Positions 10,591 to 21,048 of a stretch of DNA of 64,000 nucleotides are shown in pieces (position 1 is the stretch's first letter; every line of letters begins with the position of its first letter). The stretch lies in the NCBI GenBank assembly GCA_946613885.1, contig CAMOGA010000006.1, positions 4,309 through 68,308 of the forward strand, read 5' to 3'. Both the position numbers and the translations under genes were made by a program. The stretch is from an uncultured Pseudomonadota bacterium (GTDB lineage Bacteria; Pseudomonadota; Alphaproteobacteria; Rs-D84). A model generated the notes under the pieces. That model was not told the origin of the DNA. It worked only from the letters and a program-made list of their open reading frames with translations, and searched no databases.

Positions 10591-11607
10591 ATGAAACCAA
10601 AAATATCAATTATTATTCCAATGTATAATGTTGAACGGTATTTACCCCGGTGTCTGGACAGTGTTTTAAATCAAACCTTTCAACAATGGCAGGCAATATG
10701 TGTTGATGATGGCAGTCCTGATAAATCCGGTGAAATTGCGGAAAGTTATGCAGCACGTGATAAACGTTTTGTTGTTGTTCACAAAGAAAATGGCGGTTTA
10801 TCTGATGCGCGTAATGTTGGTATGAAATATGCCGATGGACAATACATAATGTATCTGGACAGTGATGATTTTATTCATCCGCAAACAATGGAAATTGCGT
10901 ATCGTGTGATAACTGAAAATAAATCTGATATTGCATCCTTTCAATATGACAGGGCATATCGTCCCAGATTAATGTTGCGTCATTTTTTGCATATGGATAC
11001 AGATAATGTCGTGCCATACGGTATCAATAAAACATATGATATTGATAAATTAAAAACCAAGACGGTCGATGATGTTTTTGAATTGGCAACAGAACGCACA
11101 CACAATAAAAATAATCCTAACCGTAAATGGTTAATTAAACATTGTCAGGTTTGGAAGAATATTTATAAAAAATCTTTGATACAGGATACGCCGTTTATCA
11201 AGGGTATTTTATTTGAAGATTTTCCATGGTGGTCTGCCATCATGTTAAAACGTCCACGCGTGACGGTTGTGCCGTTGCCATTGTATTATTATATCCCGAA
11301 TTTTGGTGGAATAGTGTTATCAGCAAAACAATTACGTATTTTGAAAAGTTTATGCACAGGCATAAAAACATCGTATCAATTATATGTTGAAAATGCAGAT
11401 GCGGAACAAATGAAAAAATGGCAGGAACAATTTTTATGGTTCTTTGTTGCCAAGGCATTCAGTAAAATTAAAAAACTAGATAATGCCCAAGATATAAATG
11501 CAGCAAAACAATGTTTTGTTGAATTGGATAAAACCGGCGTGTTTAATGATCTTCCAAATGAATGGTATAAGTTAGTTTGTGATATTCAAAAGTTTATAAA
11601 TCAATAA
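10591..11607 (+). CDS. Glycosyltransferase family 2
   Basis: KISIIIPMYNVE, VDDGSPD, NGGLSDARN, YLDSDD, FEDF. Confidence 0.92.
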   Translation: MKPKISIIIPMYNVERYLPRCLDSVLNQTFQQWQAICVDDGSPDKSGEIAESYAARDKRFVVVHKENGGLSDARNVGMKYADGQYIMYLDSDDFIHPQTMEIAYRVITENKSDIASFQYDRAYRPRLMLRHFLHMDTDNVVPYGINKTYDIDKLKTKTVDDVFELATERTHNKNNPNRKWLIKHCQVWKNIYKKSLIQDTPFIKGILFEDFPWWSAIMLKRPRVTVVPLPLYYYIPNFGGIVLSAKQLRILKSLCTGIKTSYQLYVENADAEQMKKWQEQFLWFFVAKAFSKIKKLDNAQDINAAKQCFVELDKTGVFNDLPNEWYKLVCDIQKFINQ

Positions 11608-11617
11608 GGAAGAAGAA

Positions 11618-12631
11618 ATGAAAAAAGATGAAATAACAGTCGTTTTTAGTAGTGATGATAATTATGCAAAATATCTAGGCGTTAGTATATGTTCGCTGAT
11701 TAAAAGTTCAACTAAGAAAAATAATTATAATATAATTATATTGGATGGGGGCATTTCAGATTTTAATAAAGACGCTTTATCAAAAATGGCCACAGATAAT
11801 GTTAATATAAATTTTTATGATATGTCTCCTGTGGTAGAAGAATATAAGAAGCGGTTGTTTGTTTCTGGACATATTAGTATGGCTGCGTACTATAGATTGT
11901 TTATAGCTGATGTTTTGAAAAATTATGAAAAGATTATTTACACGGATTGTGATGTGACATTTGTTTGTGATATAGCTAATTTATGGAATGAGAAAATTAG
12001 AAAAGATGATTTGATTGCTGCCGTACCAGATATCGGGTTAATTTATTCTATGGATAATGGTAAACAGAATAATGAATATTTTTTAAAGTGTATAGGTGTT
12101 GAAAAAATAGAGGAATATTTTAATTCTGGTGTTTTAATCATGAACTTAGAAAATATGAGAAAATGTGATTTTGTAAACAAATGTATTGAAAAATTAAAAG
12201 AATTGAAAACCCCTGTGTTTCATGACCAAGATATTTTGAATGCTGTTTGTGTTGGAAGGGTTACATTTTTACCATTTAAATATAATTATTGGGGAAATTT
12301 TAAATATGAAAACCCAAAATATAAAGAACTATTTCCAAAGCAGTATTTAGAGTTTTTTGAAATAGCATCAAAAGACCCTGCAATAATTCATTATAAACCA
12401 TGGATTGTGCCTAAGTTAGAGAAAGCCTACATCTTTTGGGAATGTGCACGTGAGACACCTTTTTACGAAGAAATATTATATACAAATATATTTGATATTA
12501 AGTATATTATGAGATTTTCACATTTAAAAAGGAAGATTTGGTTGTATAATCTGCTGTATACTGTGACACACAACATTAAATTTAAGAATAAACAAAGTAG
12601 AGCAATAGCAGAATTGTGGAGACGAAAATAA
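11618..12631 (+). CDS. Glycosyltransferase family 8
   Basis: SSDDNY, HIS.AAYYRL, YTDCD, YFNSGV, DQDILN, IIHY..KPW; visibly more AT-rich than its neighbours. Confidence 0.92.
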   Translation: MKKDEITVVFSSDDNYAKYLGVSICSLIKSSTKKNNYNIIILDGGISDFNKDALSKMATDNVNINFYDMSPVVEEYKKRLFVSGHISMAAYYRLFIADVLKNYEKIIYTDCDVTFVCDIANLWNEKIRKDDLIAAVPDIGLIYSMDNGKQNNEYFLKCIGVEKIEEYFNSGVLIMNLENMRKCDFVNKCIEKLKELKTPVFHDQDILNAVCVGRVTFLPFKYNYWGNFKYENPKYKELFPKQYLEFFEIASKDPAIIHYKPWIVPKLEKAYIFWECARETPFYEEILYTNIFDIKYIMRFSHLKRKIWLYNLLYTVTHNIKFKNKQSRAIAELWRRK

Positions 12632-12638
12632 TCTTTTT

Positions 12639-13568
12639 TTAATCGTGGAATATTTCGCGAATTGTCCAAACTGGTATCTTATAAAATATTAATAATATTT
12701 TACGAAATATGCCTGGTTTATGACCACGATGAATTTTAAAATACACGTTGCGTTTTATACGGGCGATTTTACCATACCATGGATCGCGATAAACACATCT
12801 GTTTAACCAACCTTTTTGCATAATTATGCCGTTATATCCCATGGCAATTAAATCTGTGATACGAATACCGCGATGTCTGTCCAGAACATAATCTTCCTGA
12901 TAATCGTAACGACGTAATTTTGGAATTGCCGGAATAATATCATGAATTTGTGTTTTTAACAAATATTCGCCATACCAATTAAATTCATAAGGGTACATAT
13001 TTATTAAATCTGGAAATGTTAGATTCTTTTTATGTAAAAAATTTTTTTCCATATCTAATAATACATCCGATGAAAAAGTTTGTGACATATGAACAAAATC
13101 ATATGTGCGACCATGACGATTAAAGTAATTCTTGATAAACAAGTGATTTGTTGTTGGGGATAAAATTTCCGTCATGCATAAATACGGTGTGTGTTCATCA
13201 TACATAAAATCACTAATATAAAAATTTGATATGAAATAACAATCTGAATCATAAATAGTATAATGATTACATAACCCCAATTTATAAAATCCCAGTTTAA
13301 TAATTTGTTGGCTTTTCCAATTTTGAATGGCGTTTGTATCAATATTGTTTGCGTGTAGCACTTCTTCGTCAGATACAATGATAAAATCATATAATTCTTT
13401 GTTGTTGCGTAATGTCTTTTCGAATAATTCTTGGTCTGATTCTGGGCAGCATACAACAAACGGAATTTTATCAGCATTGAATTTATCAATACTGTCTTTT
13501 AGAATTTTAATTCTTTTTATATCCCCGCGATACGATTTGCAAAACAAAACCAGATTATATTTAGGCAT
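12639..13568 (-). CDS. DUF6492-like putative glycosyltransferase
   Basis: LVLFCKSYRGD, W.SQQIIKL, YDSD (DxD), EFNWYGE; located in the glycan cluster. Confidence 0.65.
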   Translation of the reverse strand: MPKYNLVLFCKSYRGDIKRIKILKDSIDKFNADKIPFVVCCPESDQELFEKTLRNNKELYDFIIVSDEEVLHANNIDTNAIQNWKSQQIIKLGFYKLGLCNHYTIYDSDCYFISNFYISDFMYDEHTPYLCMTEILSPTTNHLFIKNYFNRHGRTYDFVHMSQTFSSDVLLDMEKNFLHKKNLTFPDLINMYPYEFNWYGEYLLKTQIHDIIPAIPKLRRYDYQEDYVLDRHRGIRITDLIAMGYNGIIMQKGWLNRCVYRDPWYGKIARIKRNVYFKIHRGHKPGIFRKILLIFYKIPVWTIREIFHD

Positions 13569-14598
13569 TTAGAATATCCTTTAAATTATTTAAAGATTCA
13601 TTATATATTGATGTTGCTGTATTATCCAGTTGTGTTATATGTTGGCTGTATTCTGATGGTTTCATTAATATTGCAGATTTCATACCATTGACTAAATTTT
13701 CATAAATAACAGCATTTTTTGAATTAAATCTATAAAATTTAGCAAATTTTTTGTGGATTACAGGAATTTTTCTAAAACCATAAATTAATTGTGCAGATCC
13801 TGTCACTTGGGTTGTGATATAACGATTGTGTTTAATATTTTTATCGTCTAATAAAGGTAAAAAGAAATGTGATTTTTCAACAAAGTTATACATGTCTTTA
13901 TAATCCAGATGTCCCAGCAACCGTATGTGTTTTCTTACATTTGGTTGTAAATGTTTCAAAGAGCCACTGCCAATAATCCAGACCATAAAATCAAGCCCCA
14001 TGGCATCTAATTCTGTGATTGCAGACAACAACATTGTATGATTTTTCCTTTTCGGATTAATTCCGCCAACAGATACAAAAATTGTTTTATCTGATTTTTG
14101 CGGAATACAATATTTTCCAAATAAATGCGGATTAATAAATACTGTATTTTTAAATTTTCCCAACATAATATTGTGTTTAGTATTCGTTTTGCGATAAAAA
14201 CGATAGATATAAGGTATTTGATGATGAATATAATATACTGATTTATGTGCGGCCAAATCTGGATATAGTGTTTTTACAGATTGCACACCATGGTCATAAT
14301 TTACAGATGACATAACAAATATATGGTCGTATCTGTTCAGGTATTCTGCCACCAATAATTTTGAAAACTTTTTCGGATTACAAGAATATATGTTTTTTAC
14401 ATCATATCTGCAAAATGGATTTTCTTTTTTTATAGTATTTGAAATCAGAATATATACATTATATCCCAATTCTTGAAAATATTTTACATATCCACCGATA
14501 ACTTCGCCGTGGCACCCATTTGTTTCAATCAATAACACATTGTGTTTTTTGGGGCAGTTTTTTGCAAAAGGGTGTTGTAAAAAAGAAAACATAATCAA
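13561..14598 (-). CDS. Hypothetical GT-B-like glycan biosynthesis protein
   Basis: 345-aa ORF coupled to its neighbours; C-terminal VGG.....KN, IIGSG, LLGHLDY pattern. Confidence 0.55.
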   Translation of the reverse strand: MIMFSFLQHPFAKNCPKKHNVLLIETNGCHGEVIGGYVKYFQELGYNVYILISNTIKKENPFCRYDVKNIYSCNPKKFSKLLVAEYLNRYDHIFVMSSVNYDHGVQSVKTLYPDLAAHKSVYYIHHQIPYIYRFYRKTNTKHNIMLGKFKNTVFINPHLFGKYCIPQKSDKTIFVSVGGINPKRKNHTMLLSAITELDAMGLDFMVWIIGSGSLKHLQPNVRKHIRLLGHLDYKDMYNFVEKSHFFLPLLDDKNIKHNRYITTQVTGSAQLIYGFRKIPVIHKKFAKFYRFNSKNAVIYENLVNGMKSAILMKPSEYSQHITQLDNTATSIYNESLNNLKDILNA

Positions 14599-14601
14599 TC
14601 C

Positions 14602-15600
14602 TTATTTTTCAAATTCACATTTGTTTGGAAAACGGTGTTGCAAATATTTTATATTATTATCTATTGTTTCTTGGGTTGTTTGTTTTGAATCGTTTATACA
14701 AAATATTGGTGCGTGTTTTATGGAATCATGTGATTTATACGCATCGAAACAAAATGCAGGCGATATACAAACACGGTGCCAATGTACCAGGTTATATAAA
14801 AAATTAGAAATTTTATGTTTCCCAGATTTATAACAACGTGCTTTTTTGAAAACCGATTTCCCTGTGCAATATGCATACATATTAAACAGCCATCTTTGCA
14901 TTTCATCTTTGGTTCTGAATTTATTTCGTATCTGATGTTCGATGTCTGATTTTATCATTGGATGATTTTTACATTCAATAATTGAAGATTTTAAATATGG
15001 ATCAATTCCATGCGATGGGCGTGTCTTTAACATATTTTTACCAAAAATTTTTTGTATTTTTAATGCGGATAATATTAAAGAAGTTGTATAATTATCAGCG
15101 CTACTTATCCATCTTCTTATGTTGTGATGTGTGTGTTTTTGATTGTTATATAAAACAATCGAACGTCCGCGTTTATCAAAAAAGAATTCTGGACGAACGG
15201 GTTTGTTAAAAAACATATCATCGTTTATCAATATAAATTTTTCAGATAAATTTTTTATATTGCATATACACATCTCGATTGAATTTGAATTAAATGTCGG
15301 CAATGCATCATGTGGTATAATTTCTTCGTGTGGAACGATAGTTATTTTTTTGTTTTTAGTATTTAACCACTTCGGAATCTGATTAAAACCCGTTATAATA
15401 TAAATATGATTTGCCCATGGCATATTTTCCGCAACCGAACGTAATGAATATTTCAATTCGCCATTATCACGATACAATGCATCATAATTATTATCAGAAA
15501 AAGAAAATATTTTTTTATGCCACAGATTGCGTGATTCGTTCCATTTTTTATCACTGCCATTAACCCATAAATAAACAATATCTATTTTATCATTTTGCAT
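14602..15600 (-). CDS. Stealth family phosphotransferase
   Basis: CR1 IDIVYLWVNGSD, CR2 ELKYSLRSV...LPTFNSNSIE...INDDMFF, CR4 FCIND. Confidence 0.9.
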   Translation of the reverse strand: MQNDKIDIVYLWVNGSDKKWNESRNLWHKKIFSFSDNNYDALYRDNGELKYSLRSVAENMPWANHIYIITGFNQIPKWLNTKNKKITIVPHEEIIPHDALPTFNSNSIEMCICNIKNLSEKFILINDDMFFNKPVRPEFFFDKRGRSIVLYNNQKHTHHNIRRWISSADNYTTSLILSALKIQKIFGKNMLKTRPSHGIDPYLKSSIIECKNHPMIKSDIEHQIRNKFRTKDEMQRWLFNMYAYCTGKSVFKKARCYKSGKHKISNFLYNLVHWHRVCISPAFCFDAYKSHDSIKHAPIFCINDSKQTTQETIDNNIKYLQHRFPNKCEFEK

Positions 15601-15601
15601 T

Positions 15602-16441
15602 TTATATTCCTGATTTTTTGAAACGTGATGGTATTTTTACAACAATTTTTAAACCAAACATACCCGGTTTTCGTGGGGCATATATTGGGCGAAAATAGGT
15701 TTGTAATACACGCGCAATTCGCATCCATTTTTCAGATTTAGGTTTTGATTTTGTTATCGTGTTTATTGTTCCGTTTCCGCGTCTTTTCAAATGATTCACC
15801 CAATCAGAACCACGATTTTTTGCCTTGTCAATTAACATATCCATATCAATTGCACCAAAATGCAACAGATATAAATTTTTATCAATATGAAAATTATGAC
15901 GTTTTATACTGTGAAATCCAGAACCCCATCTTACCGGTTTATTTATTACAACAGGTTTTGTATATCGTGTGGATAACAATGCATATTCGCGTTGTTCCAA
16001 AAATGGGGCGGATTTATCCAATATTGCCTCGTTATACAAATGTTGTCCAACATCTAATCCCAGACCAGATACAGTTGTATGGATTTTTTTATTTGATAAA
16101 TATTGTGGCAACGTCTGTTTTGTTTTTGGGTCAACAATTAAAAATTCATCACTGTCACACCCGATGATAATATCATATTTTTTTAATAATTTATGTGCCT
16201 GTTCAGAAATTTTTCCAATTCTGTATTTGTCGCCTGCTGCACGAGACATTGGAATATGAGGTATTTTTATAACATGTGCATTACCGGCATTTTCGGGTGT
16301 TTTTTGATCTGTGCCGTCTAATAAAATATACAAATTTTCTGTGCCAAAATTTTTACCATAATACGCAATCCATCGCGACAAGAAAAATTCATCATCGCGC
16401 GCCATTGTTATCACAGCAATTTTTTTTAATTGTTTTTTCAT
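15602..16441 (-). CDS. GT2-like glycosyltransferase (Glyco_tranf_2_4-like)
   Basis: TMARDDEFFLSRWIAYY, LDGTD, DSDEFL, GFH. Confidence 0.75.
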   Translation of the reverse strand: MKKQLKKIAVITMARDDEFFLSRWIAYYGKNFGTENLYILLDGTDQKTPENAGNAHVIKIPHIPMSRAAGDKYRIGKISEQAHKLLKKYDIIIGCDSDEFLIVDPKTKQTLPQYLSNKKIHTTVSGLGLDVGQHLYNEAILDKSAPFLEQREYALLSTRYTKPVVINKPVRWGSGFHSIKRHNFHIDKNLYLLHFGAIDMDMLIDKAKNRGSDWVNHLKRRGNGTINTITKSKPKSEKWMRIARVLQTYFRPIYAPRKPGMFGLKIVVKIPSRFKKSGI

Positions 16442-17289
16442 ATTTTTCCATTTTTTAATTTTGTTATTCCATATTGAATATTACGCCATAATATTTTTAA
16501 TGGGTTAGATGTTAAAAAATCTTGCATATATTTTTCACCGTATAATCGATTAGCACTGGCCATAACATATTGATTGGCGATATTGTCAGAATGTTTTAAT
16601 ATATATAATATCTGTTTTCCCAATGCGCCGTTGTGGCGTGTAAAAGATGCCTTTTTTACAAAAGGGCAACCCATTTTGAATAAACGTTTGGGGTGGTTAT
16701 ATGTTGTGCGGCCGTGTATTGGATAGATGCCAATCCATGAACAATTATTTTGTTGAATTATATTTGTTAGCCCGTGTTCGTATTTTACTGTTATGGCAGA
16801 TTTAGCTTTTTCTTTTTGAACGGACGATATAAATTCGTAAAACCATTTTGACATGAATATTTTTTTATTTAATTGAACAAACCAAGATTCCATAAATTTA
16901 TGCGTTTTGTGTCGTGATTCAATTATACCAACCGCATCTGTTGATACGTGTTCCATTTGGTTAATTAATTTATGCGGATTGAACATCGGACCAAATACAG
17001 AATCATTTATCAGATAAATAAAATCATAGTTTTTTAATAAATCATTATCATGTGCATACTGGAAAGCACGCTTGTAAGAACCGAAATCATATTCGCCATG
17101 TCTTTTTGATTGTGTCGCGACAGTGTATGGTTTTAATTTTTTTATCTCTGTATTTTTACAATCATTATCCATACATAAAATCACATCGCCATATTGGGCC
17201 AGGGCAGATACATAATAAATCAGCGCATCATCAACAATGCCATCTGGGTCATACGCTGCAAATAAAAATAATCTTTTTTTTGCGGACAT
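16438..17289 (-). CDS. Rhamnan synthesis F (RgpF)-like protein
   Basis: RLFLFAAYD..G.VD, YDFGSYK, LINDSVFGP, ESWF, YE.GLT. Confidence 0.8.
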   Translation of the reverse strand: MSAKKRLFLFAAYDPDGIVDDALIYYVSALAQYGDVILCMDNDCKNTEIKKLKPYTVATQSKRHGEYDFGSYKRAFQYAHDNDLLKNYDFIYLINDSVFGPMFNPHKLINQMEHVSTDAVGIIESRHKTHKFMESWFVQLNKKIFMSKWFYEFISSVQKEKAKSAITVKYEHGLTNIIQQNNCSWIGIYPIHGRTTYNHPKRLFKMGCPFVKKASFTRHNGALGKQILYILKHSDNIANQYVMASANRLYGEKYMQDFLTSNPLKILWRNIQYGITKLKNGKI

Positions 17290-17349
17290 GAAATATCTCT
17301 GTTGATAATATACACGTTTTATAATATTTTTGCAACAAAGTATATTTAT

Positions 17350-17380
17350 AAAAACACCGCCCATCTGGGCGGTATGTTTT
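17350..17380 (-). terminator. Intrinsic terminator after typA
   Basis: ACCGCCC-4nt-GGGCGGT followed by a T run on the minus strand. Confidence 0.75.
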
Positions 17381-19223
17381 AATCTGTTTCTGCAAAACGA
17401 TATGCCTTTTTACGTTTGCCACTGTCCAGTTCTTTTTTACGCAGACGGATTGTAGCAGGTGTCACCTCTACCAATTCGTCATCTTGGATATAAGACAAAG
17501 CTTCTTCCAAAGACATTTTGCGTGGCGGTGCTAAAAATAACTTTTCATCAGCCGTCACAGAACGAACGTTTGTTAATTGTTTACCACGTACAGGGTTAAC
17601 CTCTATATCGTTTTCTTTACTGTGTTCGCCGACAATCATCCCAGAATAAACCTCGGTCTGAGGGCCGACAAATAACACACCACGTGGTTCCAAATTATGC
17701 AAGGCATATGTTGTTGTTTGTCCTGCCTCCATCGAAACCAGAACGCCCGGACGATATTGAGTAATAGGACCACGGTACAAATCATACTTATCAAATACAC
17801 GGTTCATAATACCTGTGCCACGCGTGTCGGTTCTAAATTCAGACAAATACCCAATCAATCCACGTGATGGCGCAGAAAACACAATACGCGTTTTCCCAAT
17901 TCCAGACGGTTTCATTTCTGTAATCGTTGCCTTGCGCTTGGTCATTTTTTCAATAACAACACCGCTGAATTCATCATCAACGTCAATAACAACTTCTTCG
18001 ATTGGTTCCAGTTTTTCGCCGTTTTCATTTGTTTGCATAACAACGCGCGGACGTGATACAGACAATTCAAAACCTTCGCGGCGCATTGTTTCAATTAAAA
18101 TACCCAATTGTAATTCGCCACGACCAGAAACTTCGAATGCTTCGTTGTTTGCGCTTTGTGTCACACGCAGGGCGATATTGGTTTCCGCTTCGCGGAATAA
18201 TCTGTCACCAATCATACGGGATGTTAATTTTTTACCACTTTTACCAGCCAACGGAGATGTGTTTACAAAAAACGTCATCGTCAGGGTAGGTGGATCAATT
18301 GGCATCGCCGGTATTGGTTCGTTGACAGATGGATCACATAATGTATCTGCCACAGTCGCTTTGGTAAATCCTGCAACAACAACAATATCGCCAGCTGATG
18401 CAGAATCACGTGAAACTTTGTTGACACCTTGGTGTTCAATAATTTTTGTAATTTTGGCATTTTCAATAAATTCGCCAGCCATATTTATTGCCTTAACAGA
18501 TTGTCCAACACGCACAGTTCCAGATTCAATTTTTCCTGTTAAAATACGACCGACATATGGATCAGCCTCTAATGTAGTTGCCAGCATTTTGAACGGTGCA
18601 TCCAATTGGCAACGTGTCCCATTGCAATCAGGTGCCGGTACATGATCTACAATCAATTGGAACAAAGGTGTTAAATCTTTGTTTGGATTATTAATGTCAT
18701 TTAAATCACGAATTGCCCAACCGTCACGTCCACATGCATAAAGATATGGGAAATCCAATTGGGAATCTGTTGCCCCCAGTTTATCAAACAAATCAAAAGT
18801 TTCGGTTAAAACTTCATCTGGGCGTGCATCAGCACGGTCAATTTTGTTGATACAAACAATCGGGCGCAGGTTTAATTTTAATGCCTTGCTTAATACGAAT
18901 TTAGTTTGTGGTAACGGGCCTTCGGCACTGTCCACCAATAAAACAACACCATCCACCATGGATAAAATACGTTCTACTTCGCCACCAAAATCGGCGTGTC
19001 CAGGGGTATCCACGATGTTAATTTTGTATTCACCCCATTGAATAGACGTAGGTTTTGCAGATATGGTAATTCCGCGTTCACGTTCAATATCCCCACTGTC
19101 CATAACACGGTCTTCGACATGTTCGTTTTCACGAAATGTTCCAGATTGTTTTAACATATTGTCAACCAAGGTTGTTTTGCCATGGTCAACGTGTGCAATA
19201 ATCGCAATATTACGTATTTTCAT
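17379..19223 (-). CDS. typA: Translational GTPase TypA/BipA
   Basis: IAHVDHGKTT, ERERGITI, DTPGHADF, NKID, GRGELQLGIL; start trimmed to MKIRNIA. Confidence 0.97.
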   Translation of the reverse strand: MKIRNIAIIAHVDHGKTTLVDNMLKQSGTFRENEHVEDRVMDSGDIERERGITISAKPTSIQWGEYKINIVDTPGHADFGGEVERILSMVDGVVLLVDSAEGPLPQTKFVLSKALKLNLRPIVCINKIDRADARPDEVLTETFDLFDKLGATDSQLDFPYLYACGRDGWAIRDLNDINNPNKDLTPLFQLIVDHVPAPDCNGTRCQLDAPFKMLATTLEADPYVGRILTGKIESGTVRVGQSVKAINMAGEFIENAKITKIIEHQGVNKVSRDSASAGDIVVVAGFTKATVADTLCDPSVNEPIPAMPIDPPTLTMTFFVNTSPLAGKSGKKLTSRMIGDRLFREAETNIALRVTQSANNEAFEVSGRGELQLGILIETMRREGFELSVSRPRVVMQTNENGEKLEPIEEVVIDVDDEFSGVVIEKMTKRKATITEMKPSGIGKTRIVFSAPSRGLIGYLSEFRTDTRGTGIMNRVFDKYDLYRGPITQYRPGVLVSMEAGQTTTYALHNLEPRGVLFVGPQTEVYSGMIVGEHSKENDIEVNPVRGKQLTNVRSVTADEKLFLAPPRKMSLEEALSYIQDDELVEVTPATIRLRKKELDSGKRKKAYRFAETD

Positions 19224-19331
19224 ATTATATCTTCTTGGTTTTTGTGCAAATTGATATATTATACCATATTTTTGCGATTTCAACAAATTATATATAAAAA
19301 ATATACTGTGATGTATTTTTGTCTATTTATA

Positions 19332-19359
19332 TTGACATTTATAAAAATTTGTCTATAAT
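19332..19359 (+). promoter_or_regulatory. Sigma70-type promoter
   Basis: TTGACA-16bp-TATAAT upstream of the 19387 ORF. Confidence 0.75.
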
Positions 19360-19386
19360 ATTAGTTATAAACAAAAAAGGTGGATT

Positions 19387-19740
19387 ATGAAAAACAGATA
19401 CAATTACATAATTGATAAAATATTTTTTAGTGATTTATATCTGGGGGATTTTTGTGCTGATTATTTGGATGCACAACAGGTCGTTCAACGTAATATCGCT
19501 TTTATCCAAACCAATCCAGATGCAGATTTGAAACCTGTGATGATTGGTTCTGCGGATAATAAAGATTATAAAAAATTATATGCATTTTTAGATGTCTATC
19601 ACAAGGTTATAAATTATTACAGATATTATGCGAAATATAATATGCAAGATAAAGAGCTTGAGGCAGCATTGAAAAATTGGCAACGCATATCGCAACCAAA
19701 ACAAAATATTTTTACACGAATTGCAAATAAAGTAAGATAA
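19387..19740 (+). CDS. Hypothetical protein (117 aa)
   Basis: Consensus promoter, AAGGTGGA RBS, downstream terminator. Confidence 0.8.
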   Translation: MKNRYNYIIDKIFFSDLYLGDFCADYLDAQQVVQRNIAFIQTNPDADLKPVMIGSADNKDYKKLYAFLDVYHKVINYYRYYAKYNMQDKELEAALKNWQRISQPKQNIFTRIANKVR

Positions 19741-19741
19741 G

Positions 19742-19768
19742 AAAAACCGCCCAAACGGGCGGTTTTTT
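19742..19768. terminator. Bidirectional intrinsic terminator
   Basis: A5-CCGCCC-AAAC-GGGCGG-T6 between convergent genes. Confidence 0.88.
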
Positions 19769-21047
19769 AATGTTTGCCACCAATTTTTGTTCTGCCACCC
19801 ATCAGTGGTTGCAATTTTTTCGGGATATTGACAGAACCATCTGCGTTTTGATGATTTTCTATAATTGGCACCAATGCACGCGGTACGGCAATACCTGTAT
19901 TATTTAATGTTGCGACAAATCTAACTTCGCCACTGGCATTATCGCGATAGCGTGTATTTGTGCGGCGTGCCTGGAATTGACCGATTGAAGAACAAGAGCC
20001 CAATTCACGATATGCGTTTTCTGATGGGAACCATGCTTCTACATCGTTCATCTTAACCTTGTTAAATCCCATGTCGCCGGTTGAATTAGCAATCACGCGA
20101 TATGGCAATTCAAAATCATCCATAATTTCACATAAATTATTTAACAATAATTCATGCATAGAATCGCTGTCTTCTGGTTTACAGAATATATATTGTTCGA
20201 CTTTGTTAAATTGATGAAATCTTACCAGACCACGTGTGTCACGTCCGGCGGCACCGGCTTCTTTGCGAAAGCAGGGTGAAAATCCGGCATATTTTATTGG
20301 TAAATCGTTTTCGTTCAATATTTCGCCAGAATGTAAAGAATTCAAAATTATTTCTGCTGTTCCTGCCAAACATCTGTCTGTATCGGTCAGCATAAACACA
20401 TCATCGTTCATTACATTTAAATCAGACCCCATGAAATGACCTGCATTAAATATGGTTTGTGGTTTTGTAATTGACGGACATTCGATATAAGTAAATCCTT
20501 TGGCAATTAATTTTTGAATAACATAAGTTTGCACGGCTAATTCTAATTCTGCCAATTCACCACACAGACAATATGTTCGTGTTCCACAAATGTTCGCGAT
20601 TTTTTCAGGCATCCACCATCCGTTCATATCTAACAATTCCCATTGGGGGCGGGGTGTAAAATCAAAATTGCGTGGTGTTCCAACACGTTTAATTTCAACA
20701 TTTGCAGAATCATCTTTACCAATTGGTGCGCTGGCATCTGGAATTTGTGGAACACGATGTAATAAATCGATTAAGATATTTTCTTTATCTGCCAATTCTG
20801 CCATATCGTTGGCGATTTCTTCACTTATTGCCTTTGATTTAGCAACCAGTGCGGCCTTGTCAGTGGCGGTTGGTATTTCGCGGGATATTTTATTTTTTTC
20901 TGCGGTTTTAGTTTGTGTAATTGTTTTTAATTCACGCACACGCACATCCAATTTTAAAATATCGTCAACCACATCAGGAAAATTTTTCACACGACATGCG
21001 TTTTTTACAACATCTGCATTTTCACGAATAAATTTTAAATCCAACAT
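19767..21047 (-). CDS. serS: Serine--tRNA ligase
   Basis: MLDLKFIREN, GTAE, PCFRKEAG.AGRDTRG..R.HQF.KVE, ELGSCS, TLNNT. Confidence 0.97.
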   Translation of the reverse strand: MLDLKFIRENADVVKNACRVKNFPDVVDDILKLDVRVRELKTITQTKTAEKNKISREIPTATDKAALVAKSKAISEEIANDMAELADKENILIDLLHRVPQIPDASAPIGKDDSANVEIKRVGTPRNFDFTPRPQWELLDMNGWWMPEKIANICGTRTYCLCGELAELELAVQTYVIQKLIAKGFTYIECPSITKPQTIFNAGHFMGSDLNVMNDDVFMLTDTDRCLAGTAEIILNSLHSGEILNENDLPIKYAGFSPCFRKEAGAAGRDTRGLVRFHQFNKVEQYIFCKPEDSDSMHELLLNNLCEIMDDFELPYRVIANSTGDMGFNKVKMNDVEAWFPSENAYRELGSCSSIGQFQARRTNTRYRDNASGEVRFVATLNNTGIAVPRALVPIIENHQNADGSVNIPKKLQPLMGGRTKIGGKH

Positions 21048-21048
21048 T

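Noticed and set aside
17815-18645. 276-aa plus-strand ORF and the many other 60-220 aa ORFs overlapping called genes
   Set aside because: Antisense or alternate-frame shadows of recognisable genes with no motifs or RBS.
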